A stretch of DNA of 64,000 nt, from NCBI GenBank assembly GCA_013265495.1, contig MU058221.1, positions 4,280,001 to 4,344,000 of the forward strand, written 5' to 3'. A program made the translations under genes and the position numbers. Of this stretch, positions 12,880 to 26,375 are shown piece after piece (within the stretch, counting starts at the first letter, position 1; the number at the start of each line of letters is the position of its first letter). The stretch comes from Vicugna vicugna. Lineage: Eukaryota. The notes below the pieces were generated by a model that was not told the origin of the DNA, made no database searches, and saw only the letters and a list, made by a program, of their open reading frames with translations.

Positions 12880-12990
12880 GAGCAGTGGCTTGCAGTTCCA
12901 CCACTAACCAGAAACATGCACAGCTCTACAAAAACATGCCAGAGCCCATCTCTCTAAAATTCTAATCCAGTAGAACAGAGATTGGTCCCA
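12880..12990. mobile_element. MER5-like fragment
   Basis: 'agagcagtggct...attctaatccagtag'. Confidence 0.4.
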
Positions 12991-13083
12991 AACAACAAGA
13001 TCGAGGCGAGGCAATGAGTGATATTTTCACTTATGAAAGCAAACCTGGCTAATTATGGAGTTCAGTACAAAAGTGCATATCTT

Positions 13084-13160
13084 TTTTTCTCTTTTTTTTT
13101 AATTGAAATATAGTCAGTTACAACGTGTCGGTTTCTGGTGTACAGCACAACGTCCCAGTC
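13084..13160 (-). mobile_element. Short camelid-type L1 3' end
   Basis: Poly(T) then 'aattgaaatatagtcagttacaacgtgtc...'. TSD-like aagtgcatatctt (13071-13083) / aagtgcacacctt (13161-13173). Confidence 0.85.
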
Positions 13161-14349
13161 AAGTGCACACCTTGTAAAGTAAAACAATGATTCTTTAAAA
13201 GGATGGTTTTTGAATTTTCTGTAAGAATTTTCTGTCGCTACTTCAGGCCATCACTCTGAAGATATCCACTAACTCTCACTGGCCATTATAGAGGATATTT
13301 AGGGAAAAGCCTGAAATACTTTCCAAGTGAGGAATAAACTAAATTCTCCTCCTCAGGAGTCATGGCAGGTGGAGGAGAGTTTTGCGATGACTGTATGCAA
13401 AATTCGTTAGACAGCCAGTGCCTAATCAGCCTGAACTTTCGGTCTTAAGATGGTACAGATGTTTTTTATGGCTTAATAAAAATTCCTTCTTGAAGTTTAC
13501 ATTATCGAGTCGCAATATTACACTCTTCTGTCTTCTCGACCTTTCTGCAGCTGGTTCACTGTTTGTCCTTAAAACTCCTCACACCACTTATCCTGAATAA
13601 GTAGGGATGCTGGATCATAATTCCACAATCAATCAACATAAATAAAACAATTCAGCACAGATGTGACCTGAATATACATTTAGAGTCTGCTAATTGTGCG
13701 AAGCAGTGGCACAAGGTTTCAAGGTCAAACAAACCAGCAATGAAATTGCTCTGTGGAAAAATACAGAGGGGGCAATGCTGCTGTCTATTATTGTAATTGC
13801 TCGTTTGGGGAGTTTCAAGAGCTCTCCATTCTGCAGACATTTCATAACCCCTACCAACTGCTTTTTCCTCAGGTAGCATTACCAAAAAAAACCTTGGCTG
13901 CTACAAAACCACAGAAAGATAAATTCAGTCTAGTCTAAACCCTCCTAGAGACAAACAGAGGAGAAAGAGCACAGACCTTGAATTCAGGTGAAGTTTGAAA
14001 ATCTGGTTTAACTCTTTATTAGGATAGGGTCTTGAGCACTTTATTTAACTTAGCCTGTAATGCCTTGTCTTTGTGATGTGGGTCAAAAACTAGTATTTGA
14101 TTCTGATTCCCAACAAGAAGCAGAATTAGCACATGGTTAATGGCTCCTCATAAGATCAGTGGTCAGTGGGGGGAATTACTGAAACTTTTAGAAACCTAAG
14201 GAGTAACAGAGACAACTATGGGAAACACATGGAAAGAGAGAGAGCTATTGGAAATATTGTGTAGGTAGAAGGTGGGGACTCTACCCTGAGGCAGGGTACA
14301 GCCAGTAGGATCAGAAGGGCTAAATTAGGAAAAGCCCTTTTTTTAACCC

Positions 14350-14981
14350 AATTGGTTGACTAGACTCTCATTTGAGGTCCTAGCCCAGGTGGAGACCCTT
14401 TGTCTTGGCCAGGGAGGTTCTTTCTCTGGTTGGATTTGCACAGCCAATTGTAAAACCAATGCTGAGACTGGAAGAGCACATGCTTTAGTCAACGGTCAAA
14501 GGATGGAGAAGTGAGCACCTCATTCAAAAATTAACTTCTCAACCCAGTTTGGGCTGAGACATCAAATATACAGGAAGGTCAATGCAAAAGGGAGGGATTT
14601 TAAAGAGTGGGAAGAATATTCATGATTTATCCAAAAGCAGGGATGTGGTTTAAACCCAGAACTGACACCCTACTCCTTTTCAGTCTTAGTGTGGGCTTTT
14701 CTGGTTGTTGTCATGGCAACTGTCAACTGTCACGGCACTGGTGGGTGTGTCATTCAGCATGCTAATGCACTGCAGCGAGCATATAATGAGGCTCAAGGTC
14801 CACTGGAAGTCAGATCTTCCCTCATTTTGGGCCTGGTTGGTTCTAACCAGTTCTTGATTTTTGTTTTTTGCAGCCTCCTCCTAAAACAGGTAAGAGTAGC
14901 AAGTTTCCATTCAAGGGAGGGCCCCGGGTATGATTCTGTGGCAATGGCCTTTTTAATAATATGAGGCCAGCTTTTGCCTCA
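14350..14981 (-). mobile_element. ERV1-class solo LTR (MER41/LTR8-like group)
   Basis: Shares 'agcatataatga.gctcaag..c.act.gaagt.a.atct.cc' with the LTR at 56340-56948. Right end ...gcctca gives a TG start on the minus strand; left boundary uncertain. Confidence 0.7.
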
Positions 14982-15029
14982 AGACCATCAGTATCTACTC
15001 CTCAAAACTCCATGCAGCTGCACAGAAAT

Positions 15030-15560
15030 TTTCTATGTATAACTGAATTACTTTACTGTGCACCTAAAACTATCATAAATCAACCACACTTCAGTAAAAA
15101 ATTTTTAAAAGAAAAAGGTACTTGAAAAAAAATGAATACAGCAAAAGAACAAATTATTGGGTGGAAACACCGTATTAAGAACTTATCCCAGAAAAAAAGC
15201 AGGAAAGGCAAAAAAAACTGATAAAATCTTTTAAGTGCCAACATCTGAATAATAGGAATCACAGAAGGAGAAAAACATACAATAGAAGAAAATACTCGGA
15301 GGAATAATTGACCTAAATTAAATTCCCCATGAGGACAGAAGGAAGAAAACGTCTGACTGGAAAACCCTACAGAATGTCAAACAAAAGAGAGATCAAAAGC
15401 CATTTTACCGGAAAATTTAAGAAAATCAAAGATAAATACAAAATTCTAAAATCTCTGGAAAGAAAGAGGATGGCACATTCAAAGAGAAACGTCATATTGA
15501 CCTCAGTCTCTTTCACTGCAACACTGAGGTAAAAAAATGAAAAGAAAAATCAACAAAGAA
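15030..15560 (+). mobile_element. Short L1 3' end (about 15030-15110) followed by a degraded L1M ORF1-region fragment
   Basis: 'gtataactgaattactttactgtgcacctaaaact...cttcagtaaaaaa', then A-rich L1M-like sequence. Confidence 0.55.
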
Positions 15561-15629
15561 ACATTTTTACTTTCTATCTTGCCAAATTGCTGCTCAAAAG
15601 GGAACATATATATATATTTTTTGTATGTT

Positions 15630-15654
15630 TGTGTGTGTGTGTGTGTGTGTGTGT
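15630..15654. repeat. (TG)n microsatellite
   Basis: Direct reading. Confidence 0.95.
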
Positions 15655-16019
15655 TAAAAGGGTAGTTAAAACGTTCCAGGAGATAAAGGCTTCAGAAGAT
15701 TTGACACATAGGTACTTCATTGAAAACATTTGGGATAAATATTCAATAAGAGGAGAAACAAATTGAGATGCTGTAAGAGAAATCTCTGTATCTTAACTAT
15801 TCTAATATAAAGAAATAATGTAATTAAGTTTGTAATTCTAAAGAAAATTCAAAGAAAAAATATTTCCATAGTAATGCAGAATTAAAATTCTATACAGCAT
15901 TAATAATCTAGAATTTAAGAAAAGGGAAAATAAAGTATATACAAGTAATGAACCTAGAATTTTATATAGAAGATTCCTACTAATAAAGTTATTGAGCTAT
16001 ATGATCAGCTTACTTTTTA

Positions 16020-16700
16020 ACTTTGAAAGTAGCTGCCCAACTTTTTTCCAAAAAGCCTGAACCATTTTGTAGTCCCACCATTGATTTACGAAGTTCCTCT
16101 CTGCCCACATCTCCACCAACACTTGTTATTGTCTTTTTGATTAGTCATTCTGGTGGTTGTGAAGCTGTATCTAATTGAGACCATAATTTGTATTTCTCTC
16201 CTGACTACTGATGTGGACCACATTTACATGTGTTTATTAGTCATTTGTGTATCATTCCCTTTTCTGCAATGTCTTTTCAAATTTAATCAAACTTTAATTG
16301 GATTGTTTGCCTAATACTGAGTTTAAAGAATTCTTATATTCTGGATACAAATCTTTTGTCATGTTTTTGATTTGCAGATACGTTCTGTTTGTCTTTCCCT
16401 TTTTCAAATGGTTTCTGTTTAATTACAGCATTTTTTAATTTTAATGAATACCAGTTTATCCATTTTTTTTCTTTTATAGCTGTGTTTTGGTGCCAGAGCT
16501 ATGAACCCTTCACTCACCCTAGGTCACAAAGATTTTATCTGTGTTTTCTTCTGGAAGTTTATAGTTTCAGCTCTTACACTTGGATCTATGCTGCATTTTG
16601 AGCTAATGCTTGTGTGTGGTTAAGATAAGGATCTCAGTTCATTTGTGTGTGTGTATGTGTGTGTTTGGATAGTCAATTACCTCAAAACTATTTGTTAAAC
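16020..16700 (-). mobile_element. L1M ORF2 C-terminal fragment
   Basis: T-rich antisense L1 text 'ccaacacttgttattgtc...tattctggatacaaatcttttgtca'. Confidence 0.8.
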
Positions 16701-16959
16701 AGATTTAAATATACATTTCGTTTTAGTTTTGGATTTCAGGATAGAGGTTCCAGGGAAGAAGAAGGAAAAATATTACATAGAAGATGCCTGTTACTATCAA
16801 TGTCCTGGCTTTATCGTTTTATTGCAGGTTTATGAGCATCTGTGATATTATTAAAAGCAAATGAAAAGCGAAAGAGACTTCATTTACCAATAATGAGACA
16901 ATGATCAGAACTAGAGATTTTACCAAACCCAATTACTTGTTTCTGAAGTCCAATAAAAA

Positions 16960-17085
16960 TAATAAAATGGGGATAACAATGCCTAATTGGTAGCACTGCT
17001 TTAAGGATCAGAAAAAATACATACATACAAAGTGGCTGACGCGTGGCAGGTGCTCAACCCACAGAAGGGCTCTTCATTATGAGAC
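16960..17085 (+). mobile_element. MIR fragment
   Basis: 'taaaatggggataacaatgcct...gtggcaggtgctcaa'. Confidence 0.6.
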
Positions 17086-18437
17086 TATTATTATGAGTGT
17101 TGAAGGGGAAGAGATTCATTTCAGCATAAAGAGCCACATAATAGTGTGCTGGAATTAGGTTGGCCTCAGAAAGAGGGCTAACTGACTGTCCTTCAACAAT
17201 ACAGCTGTTTATCCCTGAGAATCCCGGATGTACTTGTGTATCTTATTAACCTTGACTCCATCCAAAACCCTGAAAGAAAAAAAACTATGCTTTTCATCTC
17301 TGCTTTGGTGAAATATTGGTTTATAAATAGCAAACCCTGATCAAAGTGATTCAGGAAGATTTGCCATTCTAATCAAGACTTCCCTACCTCAGACTCTTTA
17401 GAGAAGCCCCTGCCGGGCACAGGCATTCTGTCTGCTGCTGCTAGAGTCATAGCAGTTTTGTCAAAGAATCCAAACACCAAGGGGTACATTAAAAACAAAA
17501 CAAAACAAAAACACCTTTCTGTCTTTCAACATCTCTCCAGGAAAATAAAATCATTTTTATACATGCAAACATAAGAAGCTATATAGCAGAGTAGAGTACA
17601 GTGTAGGATATATGGCAAGAAAAATCCGCAAAACTATTTGGGTTCCAAATCCCCTTCCATTTTGAGCCCAGCAACTTAAAAGAAAATTGAAACAGGCCAA
17701 ACATCCTGCTGTGATAAGCCAAAACCATACTGACAAAGCTGAAAGGCACAGAGAGATGATTTAGCTTCTGATGTGAAGCAAAAACTAAAATTACCTGCCC
17801 ATTAATACTAATGAGACACAATGAGATAGTCTCAGAAACTTGGATCCCTTATTTATTAATGAAAGTCTGAGGATAAATGAACTTAGAGAAACTGGGAGAA
17901 TAAAAATATGTCTGGTGCCAACACCAGGAAAGGCAATACCTCAGAGGAATGACACTGCTGATTCTACATTCCAAAGAGGCTAGGCAGAGGCAATTCTCTC
18001 CAATGTGCTTCCTCCATCAATTGGAACAGGAGCCCATGTACCCAAGCCAGAAACCCACAAGTCCCACCACAGTCTCCTTCAGCCTTGCCCAAGCTCCTCA
18101 TTAATCACGGGATTCTGCTGATTCTCTCACCTCTCCTACTGCTCATTCATCATCCCCACTGCCTTTGCAGGCAATGTCACTTCCTGCCTGAATTACTGCA
18201 ACTGTCTTCTGGGCTCCTTGCCAGTTGCTTTTACCCCCTTTCAGTCCCTTCTCCAAAAGCAGACGGTGAACTTGCTGAAATGCACATCAGAATGTCAGTG
18301 ACTCCACAGTGATTAAATGATAACATTTAAATTCCAAGGCATACCATTCAAGACCTGGCATGAGCCAACCTCTGCTTAACGCCCCAACCTCAGTTCTTTC
18401 TATAACCTTCCTTGTACTTTTTGTTTTGGTCTGTTTA

Positions 18438-19230
18438 AGCCAGCACCACCCAACAGAAATGTAATGTGAGCCACACTTTAAAGAAAAGTGAAAAAGAGAC
18501 AGGTAAGTGAATTTTAACAAAACACTGTATTGAACCCAATATATCCAAAGTAGTATTATTCCAGGTAAAGAAGATATGATATATATGTATTTATATATAT
18601 AATCACATGTACATACATACATATATATACCACATGTGTATATGTACACACACACATACACACACACAATGGAATATTATACAGCCATGAGAAAGGAGAA
18701 AATCCTGCCATCTGTGACAACATGGATGGACTCTGAGAGCATTATGCTATGTGAGATAAGTCACAAAAAGAAAGACAAATATGCATGATCTCACTAATAT
18801 GTGGAATCTAATAAAAAATACTTGAACTCATAGAAACAGAAAGAGTGGTGGTTACCAGGGGCGGGAGAGTAGGGAAGTTGGGGAGATGTTGTTTAAAGGT
18901 ACACATTTGCAACTAGTCGATGAATAGGTCTTGGAGATCTAATGCACAGCATATGCTTATAAAAAACAATACTGTGTTATAAATTTCAAAGTTGCCAAGA
19001 GATGTATCTTAAATGTTCCCACTAAAGAAAAAGAAATGATACGTGACATGAGGTGTTAGCTAACACTGCAGTGGTAACCATACTGCAGTATACAAATATA
19101 TCCATCAACACTTTGTACACCTTAAACTTCCACATTGTTGTATGTCAATTATACCTCAATAAGAAAAGGTATCATTCAAACACGAGCCACATGTCAAGCG
19201 TTCAACAGCCACATGTGGGTAGTAGCTAAG
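18438..19230. mobile_element. MER3/MER33-like hAT element split by an L1
   Basis: 'caacagaaatgtaatgtgagccaca...aacccaatatatccaaa', resuming as 'agccacatgtcaagcgttcaacagccacatgtgggtagtagcta'. Confidence 0.75.
18568..19165 (+). mobile_element. L1MA9/10-like 3' end with internal (TA/CA)n tract
   Basis: 'caatggaatattat...ggagatctaatgcacagcat...gtacaccttaaac...tatgtcaattatacctcaataa'. Confidence 0.85.
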
Positions 19231-19539
19231 ACCCTTGCATCTTCTCCAGTCGTCCCCATGCTCACTTGTTTCTGGGATTTTCCATACGCTGCTGTCTCTG
19301 ACTGGAGCTCTCTCCTCCCCCTTCACTGCCTAACCTGCTCTGGTCACTGTTCCTCGTCTACTGTGCCCTTCCTGATCCACTTCCTCCAAACTGTGTGTCT
19401 GCTTCATGCATCCCCAAACACCCTGAGCTTTCCTCAGTAGATAGGTTTTCTTAACTCATGGCACGCATGTCTTAAAAATGTCCAGCAACTACCACAATAC
19501 TGGACACAGAGTAAGTGACACGGACACTCATGCTTGCCT

Positions 19540-20015
19540 GCTCAGTCACAACTCCTGCCTTAGTTAGGGATCTCCCCAACCTCATATGGATCATGGGACT
19601 CAGAGGATGTGGAACCCATTTCAGCTCCTGGGATGGATTCTGACATCAAACCAATCAGCGTACAGTATGCTGCTGGGAGTTGTTATTGGTCTGGCATGAG
19701 AACCTGACGTCAAGTTGGTGGAATCTGGCTGAGGGGGAAGAACTCATCCCAGAGTTAAGGCACAGCCTTTTGCTTTTTTCCCAGAATTTGTGCTAAAGAA
19801 AGAGTTGTGCCCCTGTTGGCGCTGGCAATCTCCTTATGAGGGATCCTCCACCAGAAGAAAGAGAAGAAAAGAATATGGGGCCATTAAGTAACCCAGCTTT
19901 GAAGTCTGCACTGTGTCTGGATTTCAGGGTTTACGAGGTAATAAATCTCCTGATTTTTTAAAGCCAGTTTGAATTAGTCTTTTATCACCTGCAGCCAAAA
20001 GTATATAACTGATCC
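19540..20015 (+). mobile_element. Old MLT1 (J/K/L-like) LTR
   Basis: 3' signature 'aataaatctcctg...aagccagtttgaattag...cacctgcagccaaaag...aactgat'. Confidence 0.65.
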
Positions 20016-20459
20016 TGTTAACTTACGTTAAATAAATGCTTCTTATATGACAGACACTGTTCTAGACATTTTATAGATAATATCCCCTTTCTAACAACGC
20101 ATATAAGCTTGATATTTTTGATGTGTTTTAAATTTTACTCCTGTGTCTTGTTGAAAATCATTTTCAGAGATGAGCTCTTCCTCTGACTAATTAGGGCAGT
20201 TTTTCCTTCTACCATCCCCGAGGTGGGAAGCCTTCTCAGCATCTGTTTCCTGGGATTGTAGATTGCTGCAGGTCGGGGACTGTGGGGTGTCCCCATTCTT
20301 AGCTCCTGCCTGTGTTTATTCCTGTTAGATAGTCGCTATCCTACAATTGTATATAACTGGGGCAGTGGAGCATTTCTCTCTTTATTCTCTGTACCATCAA
20401 GGCAAAAGGAAGGGGAGCCAAATGCGACAGAATGGACGGCACGTTACCCAGTGACCCTG

Positions 20460-20893
20460 GGGCTCAGTGACATGGAATTTGGGGTTGGGTTGTATTCCTT
20501 AGAGAGAAAATGCAAGTAGGGAGTGTTAGGCAGAGACAAAGCTACGTGGTCACAGAATCCCTTTTCCTTCTCTTCTCTCTCATTTGCAGTTCGGCTGGGG
20601 GCCACATGACTACATTTGACCAAAGGACTGTGACCAGATGTAATATATGCCACTTCAGATTTGGTCCTTGCATCAGTATCATGTGATAATTCAGATTCTT
20701 CCATGAAGATCTGTGCTAAAAATGGGGGCACCGAGGCACAGGAGATGTCAGAATCCCCAGTGCACTGCTTGGAGAGGAGCCCACCCTCCATCAGACTGAA
20801 ACATGAACCAGAAAAAAAGGTCCTCTTATTTTAAGCCACTAAAATTTTTAAGGTGTTTTCTTCAAGCAGCTAACATTACTCATACTGACTAAA
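20460..20893 (+). mobile_element. Old MLT1 (H/I-like) LTR
   Basis: 'ggggccacatgactacatttgaccaa...aagccactaaaattt...agcagctaacatta...ctgactaa'. Confidence 0.7.
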
Positions 20894-22134
20894 AGAGCAC
20901 TCGATAAATGCTTGTGGAGTAAGTGAACTGGGTTGGTGTAAGATATCATTTCACTTAACAGAATGCCCAATGAGACGTCAGCTGAAACAAAACACATAGA
21001 ATATAAAATTAAGTTAAATTCAGAATTGCACGCACACCATGAGAGCATCTATGGCATCAGTGTCTAAATCATTCACTACGAAAATGCTCAGCTCTCAGCA
21101 CTTGCCCAGCACAAAGTATGTGCTTAATAAACATTTATTGCCACTTCCCCTGAAAAGGGAGCTGTGAGCTTAGTAAATGCTTAGAGGTTCATAGACTCCT
21201 CTTTAAGCCCAATTTTATGTAGAGATGCGTATTTTGTAGACTTATAGTTGACTTTCTTTTTGCCCTTATACTTTTGTTTTTCAGATTATATCCATTAGTC
21301 ATCATTACATTATAGTTAGAAAAAGCTGTTCATTTTAAGAAATTGTAAATAAATGTTGAACATTTAGAGAAAGCAAAAACATGGTATTAAGTCAAGATTT
21401 TAAGTAACAAAACAGATCCTAGAGAAACCAAGAATGACATTCAGAAACGTTAGCTGTAACTATGGTCGTTAGGGAGGGATTCTGTCTGGAAGCAATTCAA
21501 GCAAATGGCAGCGTAAGACCCAGTTACAGGAAACAATCAGCCTCAAGCTTCTATCCTCTGTCTTACTTGGTAGCAAAATAAAATGATGTGGGTTATTTAA
21601 GTTTCCAGAAAATTAGTTCCTATCACCTGGAAGCAGAACACATGATTTCACACTATGATCTTTAATGTACCATGGTAAAATATACCGTGCCTTTTGACCG
21701 AAAACAGGAATTAAGGAGGGTTACAGTGTCTATTTTAAGATTTGGAGAGATACTTGGGAAATGATGAGCAAGAGGAGCGAGAAACCCGGCCAAGATGAGG
21801 GTACCTGGTAGATAAGACCTCACTCGTGCTTTGATTTAGTATCTTTGCAACAACTCAGCATCTTATTCCCTAAAGAGTATTCATCCTTAAGTTTGGCAGA
21901 AAGAGTGTAAATTGCACATAGAAATTAATTAATTTAATGCTTCAGTGTCCTACCTAATCAGATTATAAATCACTGTCTCAGGCGGTGTCTTTTATAATCA
22001 TGACATCCCTAAGAGCTAAATTTGTAGATTAGGTTATTGATTAAATGTGGGAAGGGTGAAAGACATAAAACCATGGGGATTGACTGCCAGAGCTTGGCAT
22101 GAGCAATTGGGCGACTAATGGTGCCATTTATTGT

Positions 22135-22325
22135 GGCAGTCCACACATTCTAATGTGCGTAGGAATCACCTGGAGACTTTTAACTATTTCCATTCCCTGG
22201 CCCACTCTGTAATATTCTTGCTCAGTAGACTTATAGAGAGGAGCCCAAGAATTTGAAAAAAATGTTTAAAGCACCCTGGGATGATTCTGGTGCAGGTGGG
22301 TGGAGCGCCACCTTTTGAGAGGCAT
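22135..22325. mobile_element. MER5-like hAT element
   Basis: 'aggaatcacctggagac...gagcccaagaattt...aagcaccctgggatgattctggtgcagg'. Confidence 0.7.
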
Positions 22326-24844
22326 CCTGAAGAAGAAATATGTTTAGGGAAAAGGTCCTAAGTTTTTGAGAAAGAGAAGAATGTCCTTCTGATGGGAAGC
22401 TGAATAAACTGGTCCCATCTCCTGTGGAGAAGAATGAACACTCAGAAGTACACAGTCACGATACTGAAGGATCCTCAAACCATCACAACGGGGATTGCTC
22501 TAGGAATCCGGGAACTATATGGACTCAGGCAAAGAAGTTTACCCCCAAGAGGCTGTATTTCTAAGCCCCAGGAAGGGAGGAGGGAGATGAATTAAAAATG
22601 AGAAAATAAGGTAAGTGCCTTGAGGCTGCGTTCGCAATGTCACTGTCCAGTCGCAATCCTGACACTTTAATATCTATGTGCTTTACTGTGTTTTTTGTTC
22701 ATTAAACTCCCAGGATGATTTCAGGCTTACAAAGAAGGACAAACAGTGCCGTGGTGGGGAGATAGGTGGCAAAGGATGCACAGAAGTGAAAATACAGGGG
22801 TGGGAAACAGCTCTACAAAGACTACCCAGCAAATAAGCTGCTTATAAGGAGTCTGGTCCGGAACTTGCAGCAGAGAGAACAGACCTGAGCTCAGACTCAC
22901 CTAGAACCTGGAGCAAGAGACAGTGCCTCCAGGGGGGATCAGCCCTAGCAAAAGAGGGGGCCTTGCTGTCCGTGCCATCATTGTTGGCGTTAACGAGTTC
23001 TGGGAGATAAAGGCATAACCTTCATTTCAACATCTGAAGATGGTATCCTTATAAGAACCCTAAAATACCATTTTTGACTGTCCTTATGGATGCAAAGCAC
23101 TCCTTAATTTCCCAGGTAAATATGGCTTTGGCAATATTCTTAATTTAACAGAGCGCTGGAAATGTATAAAGCCATACCATAGATGGTGATCTGCCTCTCT
23201 CTTTGGGAGTTTTTCTCTTTAAGGAAAGTTGAGCAAATTTTGAGGCTCTACCATAGCCACCAAGGATGAGAACTTTGCAAGAAAATTCAAAGAATATACT
23301 TGTAATGTCTTCATACTCAGTAATTTCTTACCAATTTCTCTTTAAATGGCTCAATACAATTCCATTTCTTCGGCATTAAGAGGTTTCATTAACGTGTTTC
23401 TACTTTCATTGGATTCTGAAACCAAAAAGATAAGGTTGAATGATGTCCAAGAGAAAACAATTAGTATATTCTGGCTCACCAGCACGTTGGTGCATAATTT
23501 TGTCCATGTTTAATATATCCTCACACCCAAGTCCCATTTCCAAAGCCACTGATTTCAGTTGTTCACCCCCATATTATGTAGGCTACGTTGTAGATGATTC
23601 CTCTTTTAAAAGTGGTCAAAAGAACATGTACATTATTTAAGTGCCTACCAAGTGATAAATTTAAATAATTATAAAAAATAAATGGTTGGAATTTTCACTA
23701 ACCCTTGAAGGATCAGGAAATTGCTCATTTAAGGCATTTTAATGGAATAAAAATACTCTGATTCATTAGGGGGCAGGTTGCTATGTAATTTGCTTACAGT
23801 GTTTCTGGCATTCCCACACTCATTTTATTATTTAGCACATGATACTTCTTATGAAGCTGGGTAAACTCTCCGGGCATGGGTCCATTTGACAAATGTAGTT
23901 TCTCTGAAACAAAGAAATGCTTGAGGGCAGAAAGCTGTAAAAATAAAAGATCTGACTCCAGAGACAGCCACCTGTGGTGTCAACATGGATTCTGGAGGAT
24001 TTTTCAAGGCAGAAGAAAATAGGACACCAAACTGGTTCTACTCTGAGGAGCTGCAGAGTTTAACTTGTGCAAGGAGGAGGCTTCAAACAGAAAGAAAATA
24101 GATTTAATCTAAGACACCCACTGGAGATACTGGTTAGGAAGACAAGGGTTGGCAAGGAAAGATTGTAAGTGTGAATTTTGGTCCCACGTGGTCCATGTGG
24201 ACATTATATCTTCACCCCTTGCTGAGGGATGCTAAGCTGGAATCCTCTGAATTACACAGTTGACCATGCTTTACTGCTCACCCTTAGATCATCTTCTGTT
24301 CATTAGAAAAAACTAGGCACTGTTTCAAGCATCATTGTATTCTTGTTTAATTCACACATTCACTTAAGATGTTAACAGTTGAGATAAGACTCTGTTTCTT
24401 TGGATCAAGCCACCTAGCTAGGAAACAGAGGAGGTAAGGTCTGAATTCAAGCCTGATTGATAGCAGGGATGGAATCACCACAAGGCCAGCTCCCTGGCCT
24501 GGCTTACTCCTCTTCATCACAAGAGTAAACCCACAGTGATGTTTGTGACTACTTACAAAATTACCGAACAGCACTTCCTCTGCACTTCAGGTTAGCTTCA
24601 ACACAAAAATCATACTTGTTGATTTTTATTTCATTATCCATTTTATTAATTCTAATCCATGCTTATGGGATTCAGGTTAGATAACTTATAAAGTCACTTC
24701 TGGGAACCAGGGGAACACAAAGGTTTGGGTCTCCCATCCTTTGTGAGCTTTAAAAATGCCATAGAGGTAATCTGCTCAAAAAATTCTGACCACATTCTCT
24801 ATCCTTTGCTTTGCTTTGCTCAACGTCCTCTTCAAAGATAGCAG

Positions 24845-25359
24845 TGTTACAGAGTCTAAACTCATTCTGCTCGCCACATGACAGGCCAGTAAATTGGGAG
24901 ACGAGGGGTTGGGGCAAGGAATGATAACTTTATTTGGAAAGTCAGAAAACCAAGAAGACGGCAGACTAATGTCCTGAAAAACCATCTCACTCAAGTCAGA
25001 ATTCAGGCTCCTTTTATACTAGAAAGGGGAAGGGGGTGTGGTTGATTGTTACAAACTTCTTGGTGTAAGAATCCTTTGTTTTTGCAGCTGTACCTGTAGG
25101 TCAGGTCATGGTGTCCCTGTAAACCTCCAACCAGACAAATGTTATTGTCTATCCTGCAACTTTCTATCTTTATATGAATGGGAAAGTGCCTTAAAGGTCA
25201 GAGCCTTGAGAATGGGCTACTTTGTATATTTCAGGCAATAGGAAACATTGTTTTACTAACGGTGCAGAACCAGCATGACTCAGCACTGGAGACAGAGCAC
25301 AGGGTTAGAGCTAAAGGAACAGATCTAACACGGAGTCAGAATTGTTCTTCCCTATTACA
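24845..25359 (-). mobile_element. ERV1-class solo LTR, family A copy 2
   Basis: TG...CA termini (tgttac...attaca), near-TSD gcag/gcaa, minus-strand TATAAAAG and AATAAA; homologous to the other two copies. Confidence 0.92.
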
Positions 25360-25519
25360 GCAACGCCACTAATCATCATATAAATTAGCATATACAGTTA
25401 TTTTCAGCACGTGGTGTGAATCAGAGAATCAGTCATCTATCCTCGCAATAGCACAACACTTCCAGAACTCAGTGAGCATTTTCTCTGACAAGTGGATCGG
25501 TGGATTTAAGTAGGCATCT

Positions 25520-25860
25520 CAGCTTCAAGCCATCGGTCCAAGTTTGACTCCTCGCTGTGGATTATGCTCAGATCTCCCACATGTATCTTCATTTTGGGTC
25601 CTAGCTTGAAGGGTCAGCAGCTTCTCATAGGAAGCTCTTCTGATGGTGATGGCAGAAGCACAGGAGGGGAAGCAGAATCACACAAGCACATTTCCAGCCT
25701 CCACTTGCATCATATCCTCTGCAATCAGGGTAGATGTCTACACACAAATCAAATAGCCACCTCTAGGGGGATAAACTGCAAATTCAAGGAGCAAACAGAG
25801 AGAGAGAGAGAAGGAATTGAGACAGCCAACTCTTGCCATCTGCCTCTACAAGGATAGGAT
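25520..25860 (-). mobile_element. Old MLT1 (K/L-like) fragment
   Basis: 'ggaagctcttctgatggtgatggcagaagcacaggag...acatttccagcctcc'. Confidence 0.55.
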
Positions 25861-25862
25861 CG

Positions 25863-26322
25863 TGTTGGCACTCGCCATCTAACTCTGCTTGGATTAAATC
25901 ACTGGCCGCTGCAGACACCGACCTCCAACACTCCCTGAAAGGAGTTCAGGGTGGAGATCAGGAATGAAGTGCTCTGTGCTCTGGGAAAAACTGGCAGAAC
26001 AGGCCTTTGGATAGTTAGATATTTTCCAGGAGAAGATTTTATGAGCCCCAAATTCTCAGGTCTCCTCACAGCTAGAAAAGCGCTAAGATCATTGACGGTG
26101 ACATTGTCTCTTAGTGACTAGCAACAAGCTTCTGCCTAAATGTGTGCTTGACTGCACGTGCCCCCTTCACTGAAATCATATACGATACTGAGCTCCCCGC
26201 TGCCTCCCCAGAGCAGGTCCTCAGAGCTATCTGGGACGCCGTCTCCCAGGCTATAGTCCTCATTGTTCCTCAAATAAAACCACCTACAACTCTCACGTTG
26301 TGTGATTTTATTTCAGTGGACA
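25863..26322 (+). mobile_element. ERV1-class solo LTR (distinct family)
   Basis: Starts TG and ends ...tttcagtggaCA, with AATAAA at about 26273 before a U5-like segment. No clear TSD. Confidence 0.75.
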
Positions 26323-26375
26323 AGACCATCAATTCAATCTACCAGAAAGCAACTATGTGAAGTAATTTCACATAG

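Larger units (their letters stand above)
18030..19520 (+). mobile_element. L2 fragment interrupted by MER3-like and L1MA elements
   Basis: L2-like at 18030-18420 and 19230-19520. Confidence 0.6.

Noticed and set aside
2367..25359. Full provirus bounded by same-orientation LTR copies 1 and 2
   Set aside because: The 22-kb interval holds ancient MIR/L2/L1 sequence and no gag/pol/env or primer-binding site, and copy 2 has its own near-TSD.
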